Source of the DNA: the human T2T-CHM13v2.0 reference genome, Homo sapiens | Direction: 5' to 3' (one strand) | Assembly (NCBI RefSeq): GCF_009914755.1 | Contig: NC_060934.1 | DNA length: 64,000 nucleotides | Part shown: in pieces, positions 29,991 to 50,310 of the stretch | How positions within the stretch are numbered: position 1 is the stretch's first letter | Layout of the letters: each line of letters starts with the position of its first letter | The notes under the pieces: generated by a model | What the model was told of the DNA's origin: nothing | Database searches by the model: none | What the model saw: the letters and a program-made list of their open reading frames with translations, nothing else | Translations under genes and position numbers: made by a program

Positions 29991-30941
29991 CTTGCTCTTG
30001 ATACTGAAAAGTGTTACACACTAGGCTCTAGAATATGACCTTTGTATTTATGTAATCCTTAGGATTCAAAGAAAACTGAAAAAGAAATTACATTCTCACT
30101 GTGTGATTCTGAGTTACAGAATCCCTTATCAGTGTACCACCTAAACCACATGAAATACCTCTCTACACCGAAAGTTGAGAGTTGAAGGTTAGATAACACG
30201 CTCAAAAAGAAAACTGCAAGTAGTAACACCAGTAATTAACATACCTATCTTCTGGGCTCCTAAAATGCTTAGTTCAATAAACCACATGCTATGGCTCCAG
30301 CTGGGAGCACTCCTACTTCTCAAGCACAGGCTTCGCACTTTAGCAAATCACCAAGTCAAAGATATGAAGAAGAGGAAAAAGAAACCAAAATGTAAAGTCC
30401 TGCAGTTCTAAGTACAGAATGGGGACTCACTACAGAAACAGTGACTGCTGATGCTTTTAAATATCTTTGAAAAGAGACTTAAAAACCAAATTGAAAAAGG
30501 CATGTGTCACAGTAGAGAATCTTAAACCCTATTTCCACACACAAAAAAAAAAGCAGTTTCTATTTCCACACGTATTATTTATTATATACAATATACATCT
30601 ATGTTACCTGAATAGTAAATAGAAAGCCAATTCAGTAACCTTATATGCTAGCTAACATAACTTTCTTCCCAGGAAGGTTCTTCATAACCATCTGCAGTCA
30701 ACACTTAAAATGACAATCCAGGAAACTTCAAGATATTTGTTATTTACTTGCTTATCTCAACGCAATCCTTGGTTTAAAAAACAAAAACTCCTAGCTATTT
30801 GTTCAGTTTAACATCTGACACATATAGCCTCAGAGTGTGTGTGTAATCTTGAACTTAAAAACTAGATCCTCTTGTTAAGAGATATGTAATCACTTTCAAC
30901 TTTGCCCATAGAAAAGCTTACACTCACCAAAAGAAAAAGTA

Positions 30942-31247
30942 GGCCAGGCGCACTGGCTCATGCCTGTAATCCCAGCACTTTGGGAGACCGAGGCGAGAGC
31001 ACCGCCTGAGCCCAGAAGTTCAAGACTACACTGGGAAACATGGTAAGACCTTACCTCTACAAAAACTTAAAAAAAAAATTAGCCGAGCGTGGTGATGCAC
31101 ACCTGTGGTCTCAGCTACTCGGGAGGCTGAGGCAGGAGGATCTTTCAAGCCCAAAGGTCAAGGTTGCAGTGAGCCATGTTCATAACCCTGTACTCCAGTC
31201 TGGACAACAAAGCAAGACTGTCTCAAAAACAAAACAAAACACAAAAG
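30942..31247 (+). mobile_element. AluJ
   Basis: Diverged full dimer. Confidence 0.92.
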
Positions 31248-32585
31248 AGTAGCCAAAATTCATGCTATGTGTAGAAGATAGCTGATTTACTACTTTAAAA
31301 TGAGAATGCTAAGATCAGAGCAGCATGACAGGATCTTAGGAGATCTGCAAGGCTGCCTATTTAGACAATACTTTTCAACTTTTTATTTCTTGATTTCTAC
31401 AGTTCAGTATGAAGCCTGCATTAGAAAATACATAAGCAAAAGGAGGAAATAAAAATCACTCATAATTTCACCACCAGTATATTGCGGCTGTGCCAGTGTA
31501 CTGTGCCAGTCTTTTCAATGTATATTATACGTGGCTAAAGAGTATATACAGACTTCCAATGAGGTAAAGAATTCCTTGAATTTTACTTTTTAGATAATTA
31601 ACTAAATTCCTTTTCTGTATGTAATGAGCAATATCAGCAAGTAAGAGCCAAAATTAAAGTATGAAACCTAAACAAAAGTAAGTTACCATTAAATTACTAA
31701 ACTTCATCTAGGTTAGATTTTCAGCTTGAAAATAATGAACTACTTTTTATGCTATTTAAAGAAGGCACTACAGGCACAAATACCTACAGGAGCCACGCTA
31801 ATAACATACATAAGTAAAGCAGGCCTGGTGCAAGAATAAGAAAAGTGGTGAGGGCTTTATTGAACAGCAGAATGTGTGTTGCCCTCTAGAGGCACAGAGG
31901 TTCAAGAAATTTTAAAACACTTACTAAAAAAATGTAAAAACATCATGCCGCAAGGCTTAAACCTAGAAACACATATTTTTAAGATAATAAGCTCACACAG
32001 TCTAAATCCCACTGAGAAAGTAGTTTAACTGACCTTTACTAAGATAAAATGAAACAAAGTCTGAAACACATGGAATAGCTGGAATCTTCATTCAGGAAAT
32101 ATTATCAGGTTGCTGATAAACAGGAAACCATTAGAGGTCTATAATTCATACCAGGCAAGAATAAATATGTTCAACTCTCACACTTTTTTAATCCAAATAA
32201 CTTGACATATTATTTGTTTATTGTCAATCTCCCTCAAACTAGACGTTAAGCCCCATGGAGAAGGAATTCACTGCTAGAGCCCCAACTCTAAACAGTATAT
32301 GACACATGGTAGGTACCCAGTAACATCTGTAAAGCGAATTAACTTCGTGAGTCAAAATAAATGCTGAACAGAAAAACAGTGAAAGATATACTACTTATTA
32401 GCTGTTTTGCAATTAAAGCTTAAATTACATTTGATTTCACATAGGCTAAAGCAAACCAGGTTAGCCCTACTATATAATCCTTTTAAGGGTTTTTTTGTTT
32501 ATAAGGGAAGAATAAATTCAGGAATTATAGTAAGCATTATGAATTCATACTTGGTCTACTGCAGAGACTGATCATTACTTTCTAT

Positions 32586-32775
32586 CAGTGCCTCAAAAGT
32601 GTGAGATCCAGAGCAGCAGCAGCAGCATCACCTGGAAACTTGTTGCAAATGCAAACTGTCAGGCCCCAACACAGACCTGCTGAATCAGAAATTCTAGGGG
32701 TGGGTGGAACCCAGGAAGCTGTTTAACAAGCCCTCCAGATAATTCTTACGCCTGTTAAAGTTTGAAAACCACTCT
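32586..32775. mobile_element. MER5A
   Basis: gcagcatcacctggaaacttgtt...agacctgctgaatcagaaattct...taacaagccctccag...aagtttgaaaaccact. Confidence 0.8.
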
Positions 32776-33299
32776 AATGCTTCAGCAGCCCTGGACAGCC
32801 AGGGTTCACTTAGGTGTTCCTCTTTCCTCAATTGCTAATATATGGCTTGTCTGTTCTCAACAACTTGGAGAGTCAAATAAAGGTGTGAATATATCAAACA
32901 AAATGTTAAAAAGGTAGCTAGGAACTGTCTTCCTACCAAAGATTCACTAAAATTCTTCTCTTCCATATCCCTTCTTCCCACCAAAAAAGCCACCTTCATT
33001 TAGAATAGACTCTTTAAGAATGTAGTAATGGCAATTATAAAATAAATAATTAAGCCAAATTTAAAAGGCTAAATTATGAATGACTTTTTAATTAATTGCA
33101 ACTAGATAATCAGAACAGACAAGGAGAAAAGAGCCCTTTGTTACCTGTTTAACTCGAGCTAGTTAATGTATGCTATCTAAAAGAAAAATGATGACTTTTT
33201 GTCACTAGAGTATGCTCATCTGTGAATAACAATCTAATAAATCTGCCTGAATGTTCCAGCAAAATGTTCTGCTCCCTCCAGCACAGGGGGACGACTGAA

Positions 33300-34314
<1,015 letters not shown>

Positions 34315-36127
34315 TACTTTAACATATCTGTTCCTTATTAGGAGGGAAAAAAAAAAAAAAAAACCTGTACCATCTACTCAGGTATATTTTGATTTGCCAG
34401 TACAAGAGGGCAGCAATTATTTCTAAAGTAGGTTAAAGCCTCTTAAAAGTTGTGTGCTTTAGGTATTTGTTTGGGAAGTTTCTAAATTTTAGGGTTTATG
34501 GTTTGCATAATTCAATTTAAACACTATGGACAATTTAAAATGTCTACTGTGATCATGAGTTAGTCATTCCTCAGTATATTCATTACATTCAGATGACAAC
34601 AACCAGATGACACTGATGTCTTATTTTTATTTTATCTAAGTTCTCATTAACACACTCTTTAAGGGTTCTATGCTCCCTACCCCATAACAAGACAACATTT
34701 TGGTCCAGATAAGCCTTATAACATACCAGCCGTATAAAACCTCCTTTGCCTTGCTTCAAATGAAGTGCCTCGTCCCCCAAAACACTGTAAAACTTGTAGA
34801 GCAAACACACAGTTACTGTTTTACTGCTTAGAAATCTACACATTTTTCAATTAGAGGAAATGTAATAAAATAGTAGAAACTTCCTTCATCACTACTATCT
34901 TAAAAAAAAAAAAAAAAACCTAGCTGTAGTGGCCTACCAGCAGATTGAGATCTATGTTCCTTTAGAATAGTTACTATACAACACTGTTCTACCATTACAA
35001 CATCACATAGGAGCCTGTGACACAGTTCCTAAAATGGACATGTTATGACATACATGCATACACGAAAAGTTCAAGAGCTATCAAGACATCCATTTTAGCT
35101 CCAACTCCACCTAATCCAAAATCTCATAAAATTCAAAGTACTCAAAATTCAAAACAGAAAAGTATCTGCTCAACTGAGATTACATAGGTGTAAACTATGC
35201 TAACTGCAGGTCTATGACAGTTTTAAAATTTCATGGTGTCTTCCAAGATTTAAATAAGTCAATCTCTCCTTGGCATTATGCCCAGTAGAGTCTGAACCTT
35301 GAAGCAGTAGCTTGAAGCAGGTGCTGAGGTGGATACCAATGGTGGGTAAACAAACCTTGCCCTGTAGGCCCCTGAGAAGATCAGGACTTGAGGACATAAT
35401 ACTATGAACAGGCATTTTTGGAAATGGGTGGAAGATGCAATAGAAAAGTCTGCAGACTCAACGGTAAAAAGAACCGAGAAGGATTATTCTGTGGAGAAAC
35501 TGAGAGACAAAGGCTTAGAACTCTGAGACCTAGAAACATTCAGGGCAGGACTGTGAGGGAGTGAGAAGCACAGAACTGGCAGATTAAGCAGAAGTCAGCG
35601 TAAGAAATGCTCAAACATCTAGACCCACTCCTTTCATTCCAGAATGCTACGTGCCAGGAAAAATATGCTTTATTCCCCACCCCTACCCCCACCCCCACCT
35701 ATCCATTCTGCCATTCTCTCAGAATGGAAGATCCTTCTCTAGAGAAACTAAACAGTCCCAGAGAAAAGACATTCACATACTAATATCTGGCAGTTCCTCA
35801 ACAAAATAGCAGCTCTGCATTCAATCAACCTAACATGAAGCCCAATACTTAAATATGACAAGGCCCATTATAAACACAGAGCTAGCAATTATCTTTTTTC
35901 ACTTTTAAATATGGATAGACAACTAAGAATCACCAAAGATTTGTAGAAAGTCTCAGACAAGAGAGATCAAAACAAATTTGAAAAGCTAAAAACAAAGATA
36001 ATCCAGAGAATAGAACTTGTTTAAAAACTATAATTACTATCTTCAGAAAGGTAAGATAAAAATTAAAAACAGTGTCATAAAAAAGAAGTAATCCAAGTGC
36101 TCTTAAAAAAAAAAAAAAAAAAAAAAA

Positions 36128-36509
<382 letters not shown>

Positions 36510-37074
36510 TCAAAACAGAAATTCAACATTTGACTACCAATAATTCCAGAGAAAACAGAACAGAGAAAATGTAAAGGGAGAGAAATATTAACACATTAAT
36601 ATAAAAAAAAGAACTAAGAAATTTTCTCAAGGGGAAAAAACGAATGGCACCTGACTTCTCCATTTTAATATGCGTGCTTAAAGTTAATGAAGCAATACTT
36701 TTAAAATGCCAAGGAAAAGTTATTTTCCGTTAAGAATTCTATACCCAAACTATCAATCAAGTGTGAAAGCAGCATTTTTAGATATGCCAAGACCTGAAAC
36801 TTTATCCACACACTCTCAGGAAATGACTAGAAGATATGCTCTATATACATACTCAGAAATTCATCAATAAAAAGGAAGACAAGCAATCATTCCAAGTATC
36901 TGGGAAGTCCCTGAGTGGCAACTATGCACTGGCCCTAAGCAATAAACAGAAACAAGAGGACTAACAGCTTCACAGACAAAAACAAAAGCTGATTTGTTTG
37001 AGCATTTCAAAAACACCAGTGACAGGTACATGGCGAATCTAACAAAGCTGTTGAAAAGTTTTAAGAGTATGTTT

Positions 37075-37469
<395 letters not shown>

Positions 37470-37539
37470 TTAGGCCCTTCCGTGAATATTTACATAGCTA
37501 TAATGTAAATATGGCTTACTGATTAAAACCACAAATTGT

Positions 37540-37834
37540 GGCCGTTTGCAGTGGCTCACACCTGTAATCCCAGCACTTTGGGAGGCCAACTCAGGCAGAT
37601 GGCTTGAGGCCAGGAGTTCAAGACCAGCCTGGTCAACATGGCAAAACCCCATCTCTACTAAAAATACAAAAATTAGCCAGGCATGGTGGCACATGACTGT
37701 AATCCCAGCTACTCAGGAAGCTGAGGTACAAGAATTTCTTGAACCCAGGAGGCAGAGACTACAGTGAGCCGAGATCACGCCACTGCACTCCAGCCTGGGA
37801 GACAGAGTGAGTCTCTGTCTCAAAATAAATAAAA
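37540..37834 (+). mobile_element. AluS
   Basis: Full dimer. Confidence 0.92.
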
Positions 37835-37856
37835 ATTTTTTTAAAACTGTGATAGT

Positions 37857-38160
37857 GGCCAGGCACGGCAGCTCACGCCTGTAATCCCAGCACTTTAGGA
37901 GGCTGAGGCGGGCAGATCATGAGGTCAGGAGATCGAGACCATCCTGGCTAACACGGTGAAACCCCGTCTCTACTAAAAATACAAAAAATTAGCCGGGCGT
38001 GGTGGCAGGCGCCTGTAGTCCTAGCTACTCAGGAGGCTGAGGCAGGAGAATAGCGTGAACCCGGGAGACGGAGCTTGCTGTGAGCCAAGATCGCGCCACC
38101 GCACTCCAGCCTGGGCGACAGTGTGAGATTCCATCTCAAAAAAAAAAAAAACAAACAAAA
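37857..38160 (+). mobile_element. AluY-like
   Basis: TSD aaaactgtgatagt. Confidence 0.95.
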
Positions 38161-39794
38161 CTGTGATAGTAAAAAAATTAGAAAGGTAAGGTATGTTAGA
38201 GGTATAAGAGAATTAAATCCTGGAAGTCAACAGGTAATATAAAAATGATAAATTAAGCAGTAACAATATCACCACATTGAAATGTGTGGCTAATACCAGA
38301 AGAAACAGCTAAATGAATCGTAATTAAATGACTGACTTTGAGTAACGGGTCCAGGAATGGGAAGGGGTAGGGAAAGGAACCACTGATTTTATGTGTCTTT
38401 TTGCATAATTTGAGTTTTAAAATTATAAACCTGTATTACTTTAATAAGAGCAAAGTACTGTTTTTGTTTTTTAAGTACGAAGAGTTTGGCGAATCTCAAA
38501 TCCTCGGAAATGGAAAAGCAAATCTATTGAAATTAAATTTTTGTTTCAGGGTAAAATTTTGCTTCAGAATATCTCCAATATTCTAAGGCACAGGAAATGA
38601 GAAAATGCAGAATTTACCAACTGCTTCTGGACCTCTCTACCTGACTGTTCCATAGACACCTTAAAAGAGACAGACAGACACACACACACACACACCCCCT
38701 CACTTCACACCTTTATACCTTCCACGTCTGGGTCAAAGGCACTGACAGCTACCCGTCATCCAAACCAGCAATCTTTAATCTTCATCTTCCTTTCCTCACC
38801 CCCAAAATTTTGTAGATTCTAGTCCCTAAATATCTCCAAATTGAAACCTCTTATCTTTTAAAATTGTATTTGTTCAATCTCCATCTCTTGTCTAGATTAC
38901 AGAAATTGTAACACCCTAACTAGCCCCTAGGCCTCCATTCTCTATCCGCTCTAAATTAACACACTAAGACAAATGTCTCCCTTAAAACCTCCCATTACTA
39001 CAGAAGAAAATCCTTCCACTAACATGGTCCTTCACTATCTAGCCCTTTCTATCTATCCATGTTTAACATGAGCCAGTCTCTCCTCCTACTCTGTATTCCA
39101 AAAATAATTTCAATTCTGGGTCTTTGGCACAGGCTGCCCCTCTGCAAGGAAGTCTCTTCCAGTCCAGCTTCCCCATCCCCACCCCCTATCCTCCTGGCCA
39201 ACTTCTATTCATTTTTATAAAGACTCTCTTTCCTGAATGCTACCAAATACATAGCTTTATTATAGCATTTAATCATAATGTATCATAATTACCTTTCTAT
39301 CACCTCCCACATTCAACTGTGTCTCTTCATTACCAGAGGCTAAAATATTACTTTGGCACACAATAAACACTTAATAAAATGCCATTCAGATGATGAATCA
39401 GCATACCTGCAACTACATATTACACATCTATCCAACTTTATCTTTAGAGGTTAATAACCGAATGTCCACAAAAGCAGGAAGAAAAAATGGAAAGCCAGCT
39501 TGCCCTGTCAAGACATACCATAAAAGGATATTAACAATCAACCTTTATATAGTGCTTAACAGTTTACAATGTGAATACATATGGTCTACGGTTTACAGAG
39601 TTTACAGTAAATAAACAGTATTCATTTTCTTTAGAGATTTGGGACTGGGCCTTAAGTAAACATTAAAATGCCTTTCTCTTACAGTTTCATCAACAACATT
39701 TTATATGATGCAGGTCAAAAAATAGCAAGACAAGATCCCCAATAAGATCCTGAAGTTCGGCCGGGAACAGAGGCTCACTCCTGTAATCCCAGCA

Positions 39795-40290
39795 GAAATG
39801 GGGCCAGTTTGGTGGAGTATGATCAATCTGAAAACCCTGACCTCACGAAACCCTGCTTACACACCCCCCTCCCAACATGAGACTAACTTTACTTGATTAA
39901 AGACCCTGCCATGATATTACCTGAAACCTCACAAAAAAGATTCTCTCTAAGCAGAACTCTAGTTAGAGTCTCTAGATCTCTAACTAGAATCAGATTTCCC
40001 AAGGGAACAAGTACCAAACCTAAATAAATAGGAGACAGCTTACATTCCAAAAGAACTATAAGACTTTAATACATTATACTGGCAGAAACTTGGGAATACA
40101 TGTGGGAATGGATTGTGAGGGTGCTGAACAATGAAGAAAGAACTTTAGACGCAACAAGTCATTAAAAGGAATGCACTTACTAAAGATTCTTTATTCACTA
40201 TACTACTTCAAGAAACTGGATACAGTTCTAACAGTTTGCTTGGTTAACTGAAACCTGGACTGTCAGCCTGCATTAAAAACAGTTGGAACT
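39795..40290 (+). mobile_element. ERVL internal gag remnant
   Basis: Degenerate translation ...PKEL...GEYMWEWIVRVLNNEERTL...SNSLLG resembles HERV-L gag. Confidence 0.7.
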
Positions 40291-40702
40291 CTCACTGATT
40301 TAAGAGCAGGATTAACAGCAGATTAGATACTAAAAAAGAAAACATTAGTGAGCATGAAGACATAGCATTAAAACTTACCCAAACTAAAGCACAGAGAGTA
40401 AAAAAGAAAAAAAAAATCTTTAAAAAAATGAACAGAACCTCAGTGACTCATGGTACAATAACAAGTGTTATAACATATGTGTAACTAGTGGCAGGGGGGT
40501 TCTGACAAAAAATAATGAATAATTTTCCAAATTTGACAAATTCTAAAACCCCACAAATCCAAAAAATAAACACTAAAAAAGAACATAAAAAATTGCGGAA
40601 AACTTAAGTAAAAATTTTAAAAGTACCCAGGAAAAAAAGGGGCATATTATATATAGAGAAACAAAGATAAGACTATACACACATTTATTAAAGAAACAAT
40701 AA

Positions 40703-41190
<488 letters not shown>

Positions 41191-41316
41191 CTACACAAAG
41201 GAAAGAAGAGGGACAGAAATGATAACTATCTGGGTAAATACAAAACACTTACATTCCAGTTTATTATTATTTCAAAGAAATCTCAGTATGATTCCATTCA
41301 TATGAAAGATCTGGAG

Positions 41317-41717
<401 letters not shown>

Positions 41718-41864
41718 TTAATGGGTATGGAATGTTATTTTGGGTTGATGAAAATGTTTTGGAACTAGATAGAGGTAGTTGCACAACACTGGGCATGTAC
41801 TCAATGTCACTGAATTATTCACTTTAAAATAGTTAATTGTGTGTTACATAAATTTCATTCCAAG

Positions 41865-42164
41865 TTTTTTTGGGGGGCCGGGGCAGGAACAGATTCTCGT
41901 CATGTCGCCCAGCTTGGAGTGCAATGATGCGGTCTCAGCTCACTGCAACCACCACCTCCTGGGTTCAAGCAATTCTCCTGCCTCAGCCTCCTGAGTAGCT
42001 GGGATTATAGGCGCACACCACTACACCTGGCTAATTTTTGTATTTTTAGTATGGACGGGGTTTCACCACGTTGGCCAGGCTGGTCTCAAACTCCTGACCT
42101 TGTGATTCACCCACCTCAGCCTCCCAAAGTGCTGGGATTACAGGCATGAGCCACCGCGCCCGGC
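41865..42164 (-). mobile_element. AluS
   Basis: Reverse-complement dimer; tcattccaa flanks. Confidence 0.92.
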
Positions 42165-42487
42165 TCATTCCAACTTTTAAAAAAAGATACGTGACAGTTT
42201 TGAGCAAAATTAATGACAGTGTATTTGGGGAATTATGACATATATTAAAGTTAAAATGTACAACAATAGCATAAAGGACAGTAGTGGATAAATGGAAGTA
42301 TACTGCTATTAGATTTTTACATTATAAGTAAAGTAGTCTAATACTATTTGAAGGTAGACTGTTGTAAGTTAAACTTTCATAATCATAAATCCTAGAGTAA
42401 CCCCCAAAGAGCAAAACAACCATGCTAATAAGCCAAACTGGAGACAAAACTGAATCATAAAAATAACAAAAAAGAAGACAGGAAAAG

Positions 42488-42783
42488 GGCTGGGCCCAGT
42501 GGCTCATGACTGTAATCCTAGCACTTTGGGAGGCCGAGGTAGGTAGGTGGATCACCTGAGGTCAGGAGTTCAAGACCAGCCTGGCCAACACGGCGAAACC
42601 TCACCTCTACTAAAAATACAAAAATTAGCTGGGTGTGGTGGCACATGACTGTAATCCCAGCTACTCGGGAGGCTGAGAAAGGGAATCGCTTGAACCTGGG
42701 AGGTAGAGGTTGCAGTGAGCCGAGATCGTGCCACTGCACTCCAGCCTGGGCGACAGAGCGAGACTCCGTCTCAAAAAAAAAAA
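42488..42783 (+). mobile_element. AluS
   Basis: TSD agacaggaaaa. Confidence 0.93.
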
Positions 42784-43068
42784 TGGAGACAGGAAAAAAG
42801 GAACATTTTTTAAATAACAGATGGACAAAGAGTAAACAAAAGTGCAAGACAATATGATTTAAACCCTACCATATTGGTAACTACATTAAACACAATGGTA
42901 GCAGAGGTTGTCAGACTGGATTTTAAAAAAGATCCAACCATATGTTGTCTACAAGAAATGTACTTTACACAAAAAATAAATTAAAAGTAAAATGATGGTA
43001 AAAGATACATTATGCAAACAATAACCCTTAAAAAAAAACCTGGAATGCCTACAAGTAAAAGTAGTCTT

Positions 43069-43397
<329 letters not shown>

Positions 43398-44118
43398 TTA
43401 GGGTAAGGAATATTAACAAGGATAAAGTCAGACATTCCATCATGATAAACAGTCAATTCATCAAGAAGATATGCAACAATCCTAAATCTGATGGACTAAA
43501 TAAGATTAATGAAATAGAACTGACGCCCACACATACATGGTCAGTTATTTCTGACAAAGTTTCCAAAGTAACCCAGTAAGAAAAGGATAGTCTTTTCAAC
43601 AAATAGTGCCAACACAATTGGATATCCATATAGAATAAACGGAGCCTCAATCCTTATCTCACACTATACAGACATCAACTCATAATTCAGATCACAGACC
43701 TAAACGTAAAAGCTAAAACCATAAAACTGCTAAGAAAAATTACAGATAAAATCTTGACTTTGGGGTAGGCAAATATTTCTTAGGATACAAAAAACAACAG
43801 CTAGAAGAAAAAATTGACAGTTTAGACATTATCAAAACTGAAAAACATGTACTCTTCAGAAGACACCGTTAAGAAAAAAAAGACAAACCAGAGGGAGAAA
43901 ACAGTAATAATAGTTGTCTGACAAAACTTGTATCCAAAATTTATAGCGAATTCTTTAAACACATTAAGACAAACAACAAAAGAAATGAGCAAAAGATGTG
44001 AGCAGATTATCACAAACAAAATTATAAGGCAAGCAAATGATCACATGAAAAAGCCAACGGCACATGTAAAAGAGAAATGCAAAATAAATACACAAAGAGA
44101 TACTACGATTCTCTAGAA

Positions 44119-44423
44119 CAGGGGTCCCCAACCCCAGGCCACAGGAACCGGTCGGTGGCCTGTAAGGAACCAGGCCACACATCAGGAGGTGAGCTGTGGG
44201 CCGGCGAGCATTACCACCTGAGCCCCACCTCCTGTCAGATCAGCGCAGGAATTAGATTCTCAAAGGAGCGCCAACCCTATAACGCAAGGGATCTAGGTTG
44301 CGCACTCCTTACCAGACTCTAAGACCTGATGATCCGAGGTGGAACAATTTCATCCCAAAACCATCCCCCAGTCCACAGAAAAATTGTCTCTTCCATGCAA
44401 CTGGTCCCTGGTGGGGACCGATG
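44119..44423. mobile_element. MER1B (hAT)
   Basis: CAGGGGTCCCCAACCCC start; perfect 8-bp TSD CTCTAGAA at 44111-44118 and 44424-44431. Confidence 0.9.
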
Positions 44424-45027
44424 CTCTAGAAAGGCTAAACTTTAAAAGACTGACAATACCAAGAATGCAGAGCCTAACCAGTACAAGTGCCAATTAAGTA
44501 AGTGGAGCAACTGGAGCTGTCATATACAGCTGATGGGAGTGTAAAATGGTGCAACCACCCTAAAGAATTGTTTGGCAGTTTCTCATAAAGTTAAACGTAT
44601 CAGTAATATATAAGCAAGGAATTCCACTTGTATGAAACCTTTACCCACACCAAACCTTGTACATGGTTGTTTACAGCAGTTGTGTTCATGACAGCCAAAA
44701 CCAGAGACCACCTAAATGATCAACCTAATGACCAACAAATTAATGATTTTTTGGTAAATCAAAAAAAAAAAAAAAAAGACTACTTTGGGATATCCAAAAA
44801 AAAAAAAACTACTACTCCTCAGTCAGAAAAATGAATAAGTAACTGACATATGCGAGAACGTGGAAGAATCTCAAGAACAGAATAAGAAACAAGCCAAGCA
44901 CAAAACAATACACATTGTATGATTTCATTTATATGAAATCCTACAGTGACAGAAGGCAGATCAGTAGGAATGCTTGGGGCTGGAGGAAGCAGGCAGCGTT
45001 AACTGACTGCAAAGAGACACAGGGAAG

Positions 45028-46055
<1,028 letters not shown>

Positions 46056-46299
46056 GCGACATGGGTTAAAATGCATCAAACTGCACACCTAAAATGGGTA
46101 CACTATATTGAATGGAGGAGAAGAGGTGTGGAGGAAGAAAATGGACACAGGAAAAAGAGGAAAGGAAAAGGAAGAAGAGTCAGGAGGAGGGAGGAAGCAG
46201 TCAGAACAGAAATTACTTAGTACGTGGAGAAATGAGTCCAGACATATGAAGAAAGGAATATAAATTTGTCATGTTCTAACCCACTCTTACTCCCTGAAC

Positions 46300-47939
<1,640 letters not shown>

Positions 47940-47940
<1 letters not shown>

Positions 47941-50310
47941 CCCACAAGCAAGTATACATTTTCCTGTATTACCATATCCCCATTGCACTTGGCACTATTC
48001 ATTCAGCTTTCTAATTTTTGTCAACCTAACAGGTGGAAAAAGACATTCCGTTACTATTTTATTCTTTAATTTTTGTGGGTATATAGTAGGCATATATTTT
48101 TATGAGGTATATGGGATATTTTGATACAGGCATACAGTGTGTAATAATCCCATCAGGGAAAATGCGGTACCATCACCTCAAGCATTTATCCTTTGTTTTA
48201 CAAACAATCCAATTATACTCTTTTCCATTACTATTTTAATATGCATGTCTCTGAATATTAATAAATTCATCTCTTCTTATGCTTTTTAGGGTTTCCTATT
48301 CTTTCTATAAGCTACTTATTAATATCCTTTGCCTATTTTTCTACAGAAGTTGCTGCCCTCTTGTTGATGTATAGTAAGTAGTCCCTTGTCTAGTCAGATC
48401 ATCATCCCTTGTTAATTTTAGGCACTGTAAATATCTTCTCTAATTTTTTCATCTTTTGCCAAATGAATAATTTTCATATAATCAAAATAATTAATTTTTC
48501 ACCTTTATAAACTTTTGAAGCTTTAAAAAGTACTTCCCTGTCCCTAGGGAAAGAGCTTAACATTTTCAATAATGTTAACTTTGGTTTTTCTTTTCATATT
48601 TAGGTCTTTAATTCATTTGGAGTCTATCCATTTATGATATTAAATTTATTTTTTCTCTATATAGTGAGTCACTCTCCCTAACAACATATGACTCCTTTCT
48701 CCAGTGGTTTATGATGCCACTTAAAAAGTTCCCAACTTTTATACATGTATCCAGGTAAGTCTCTGCCCTCCAATTTGTTTCCTTGGTCTATTTTTCTGTT
48801 CTCGCACTTACACCACTTTAACTACAGCCTTGACATCTTAACTTCTAATAAGGCAAGCCTCCCATCCCCAAACAAATCTTTAAGATTGATTCTGTTATTC
48901 ACAAACTTTATCCCACCCACCATATAAATTTTAGACTTAGGCTATTGAGTTTGTCAAACCAAATGTAATTTTGACGTCATTTAAACTGAATTTATAAATT
49001 GGAGAAAATTAGTATTCTTGTAAGTAATTTGATCCAAGAGCAAGGAAAATTGTACCATTTATTTAGATTATCCTCTAGTTTCTTTTTCAAGTTTTAAAGT
49101 TTCCTTTTTAAAGGTCTTGCGTATTCACGGGTTGATTCCTAGAGACTTTAGAGTTTTGTTGCTATTATTGCATATAGTATTTACTTTTGATTATCTTTAC
49201 TAGTTATCACTAGTTTAGTAAATGCTATCAAATTTTTGTAAGTTTATCTTAAATCCAGCAATCCTGCTAAACTCTTACTAGTTCTAAGTTTTCTCTGGAT
49301 TTTAATGGTTCATCTAGGTAGGTGATCATATTATCTGCAAATAATAACTTTTATTGCTTCCCTTACAATCTTTATACCTTATTTTTTTGCTCCTTATAAT
49401 GTTAGCCAGGACCTTCCTACAATGCTAAACAGTAGTAATGACAGGAGCATCCTTATCTTGTTACGGATCTTAAAGTATATGTATCTAAAATTTCTCCATT
49501 AAGTATTATTATTTACTGAAGGTTTTTGGTAATGACCTTTATCTAGTTATCTTGTACTCCTAGGTTACCAAGAGTTTTTATCATAAATAGCTGCTGGATC
49601 TAGTTGAATGATTTCAGGGCACCAATTGAGATAATCGTAATTTTTTTCCTTTAGTCTATTAAAGAGCTAAATTAGATAAGTAGATGTTAAACCATGCTTT
49701 CATCTCTAGGACTAACTCTATGGATCAGGACTCTGTAACACACTGTTGGATTTGATGAGCGAGTATTTATTCTGCAGTATTTTCATTTCTATGCTAAGTA
49801 AAACAGACCTATAATTTTCTCTTCTTACATGTCCTTATCTGTTTTAGAATCAAGATTTCACAAGCCTCATAAAATGAACTTGGTATTTTTTCTATTTTCC
49901 AGTGCAACTTGCAAAAAGAATTAAGTGTTAAAGTATGGTGGAACTCATCAGCGTATCTGGATGCAGAGCTTCTAAAAAGGGAGATCTTTACCATTTCAGT
50001 TTATTAGTTCAAGATATTTCTTCTGATACCAATTTTCACATTTACTAGTTTTCTAAGAACTATATTTTTCATTTAGGCTTTCAAATTCATCAGCCTAAGT
50101 TCATAACGTTCTTTTTTTAATCTGATATTTGTAGTTATTTTCCATTTTTCATTTATTTGCATCTTTTTTTCTTGTCGTTTTTATCAGAGGTCTGTCTGCC
50201 TAGCTTACTCATCTTTTCACAAAAATAATCTTTTGGTGTGACAAATCCTTTTGTTCTCAATTTTACTGATTTCTGTTCCTAACTTTATGCTCTTTTTTGA
50301 ACTCTTCAAA
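47940..50310 (-). mobile_element. Old L1 ORF2/3' remnant with a small L1MA-type 3' insert at about 48062-48222
   Basis: Reverse-complement ORF2 motifs (gcatccttatcttgtt, attgagataatc). Inner insert flanked by a 16-bp TSD ttcc(g/a)ttactatttta at 48046-48061 and 48223-48238. Confidence 0.75.
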
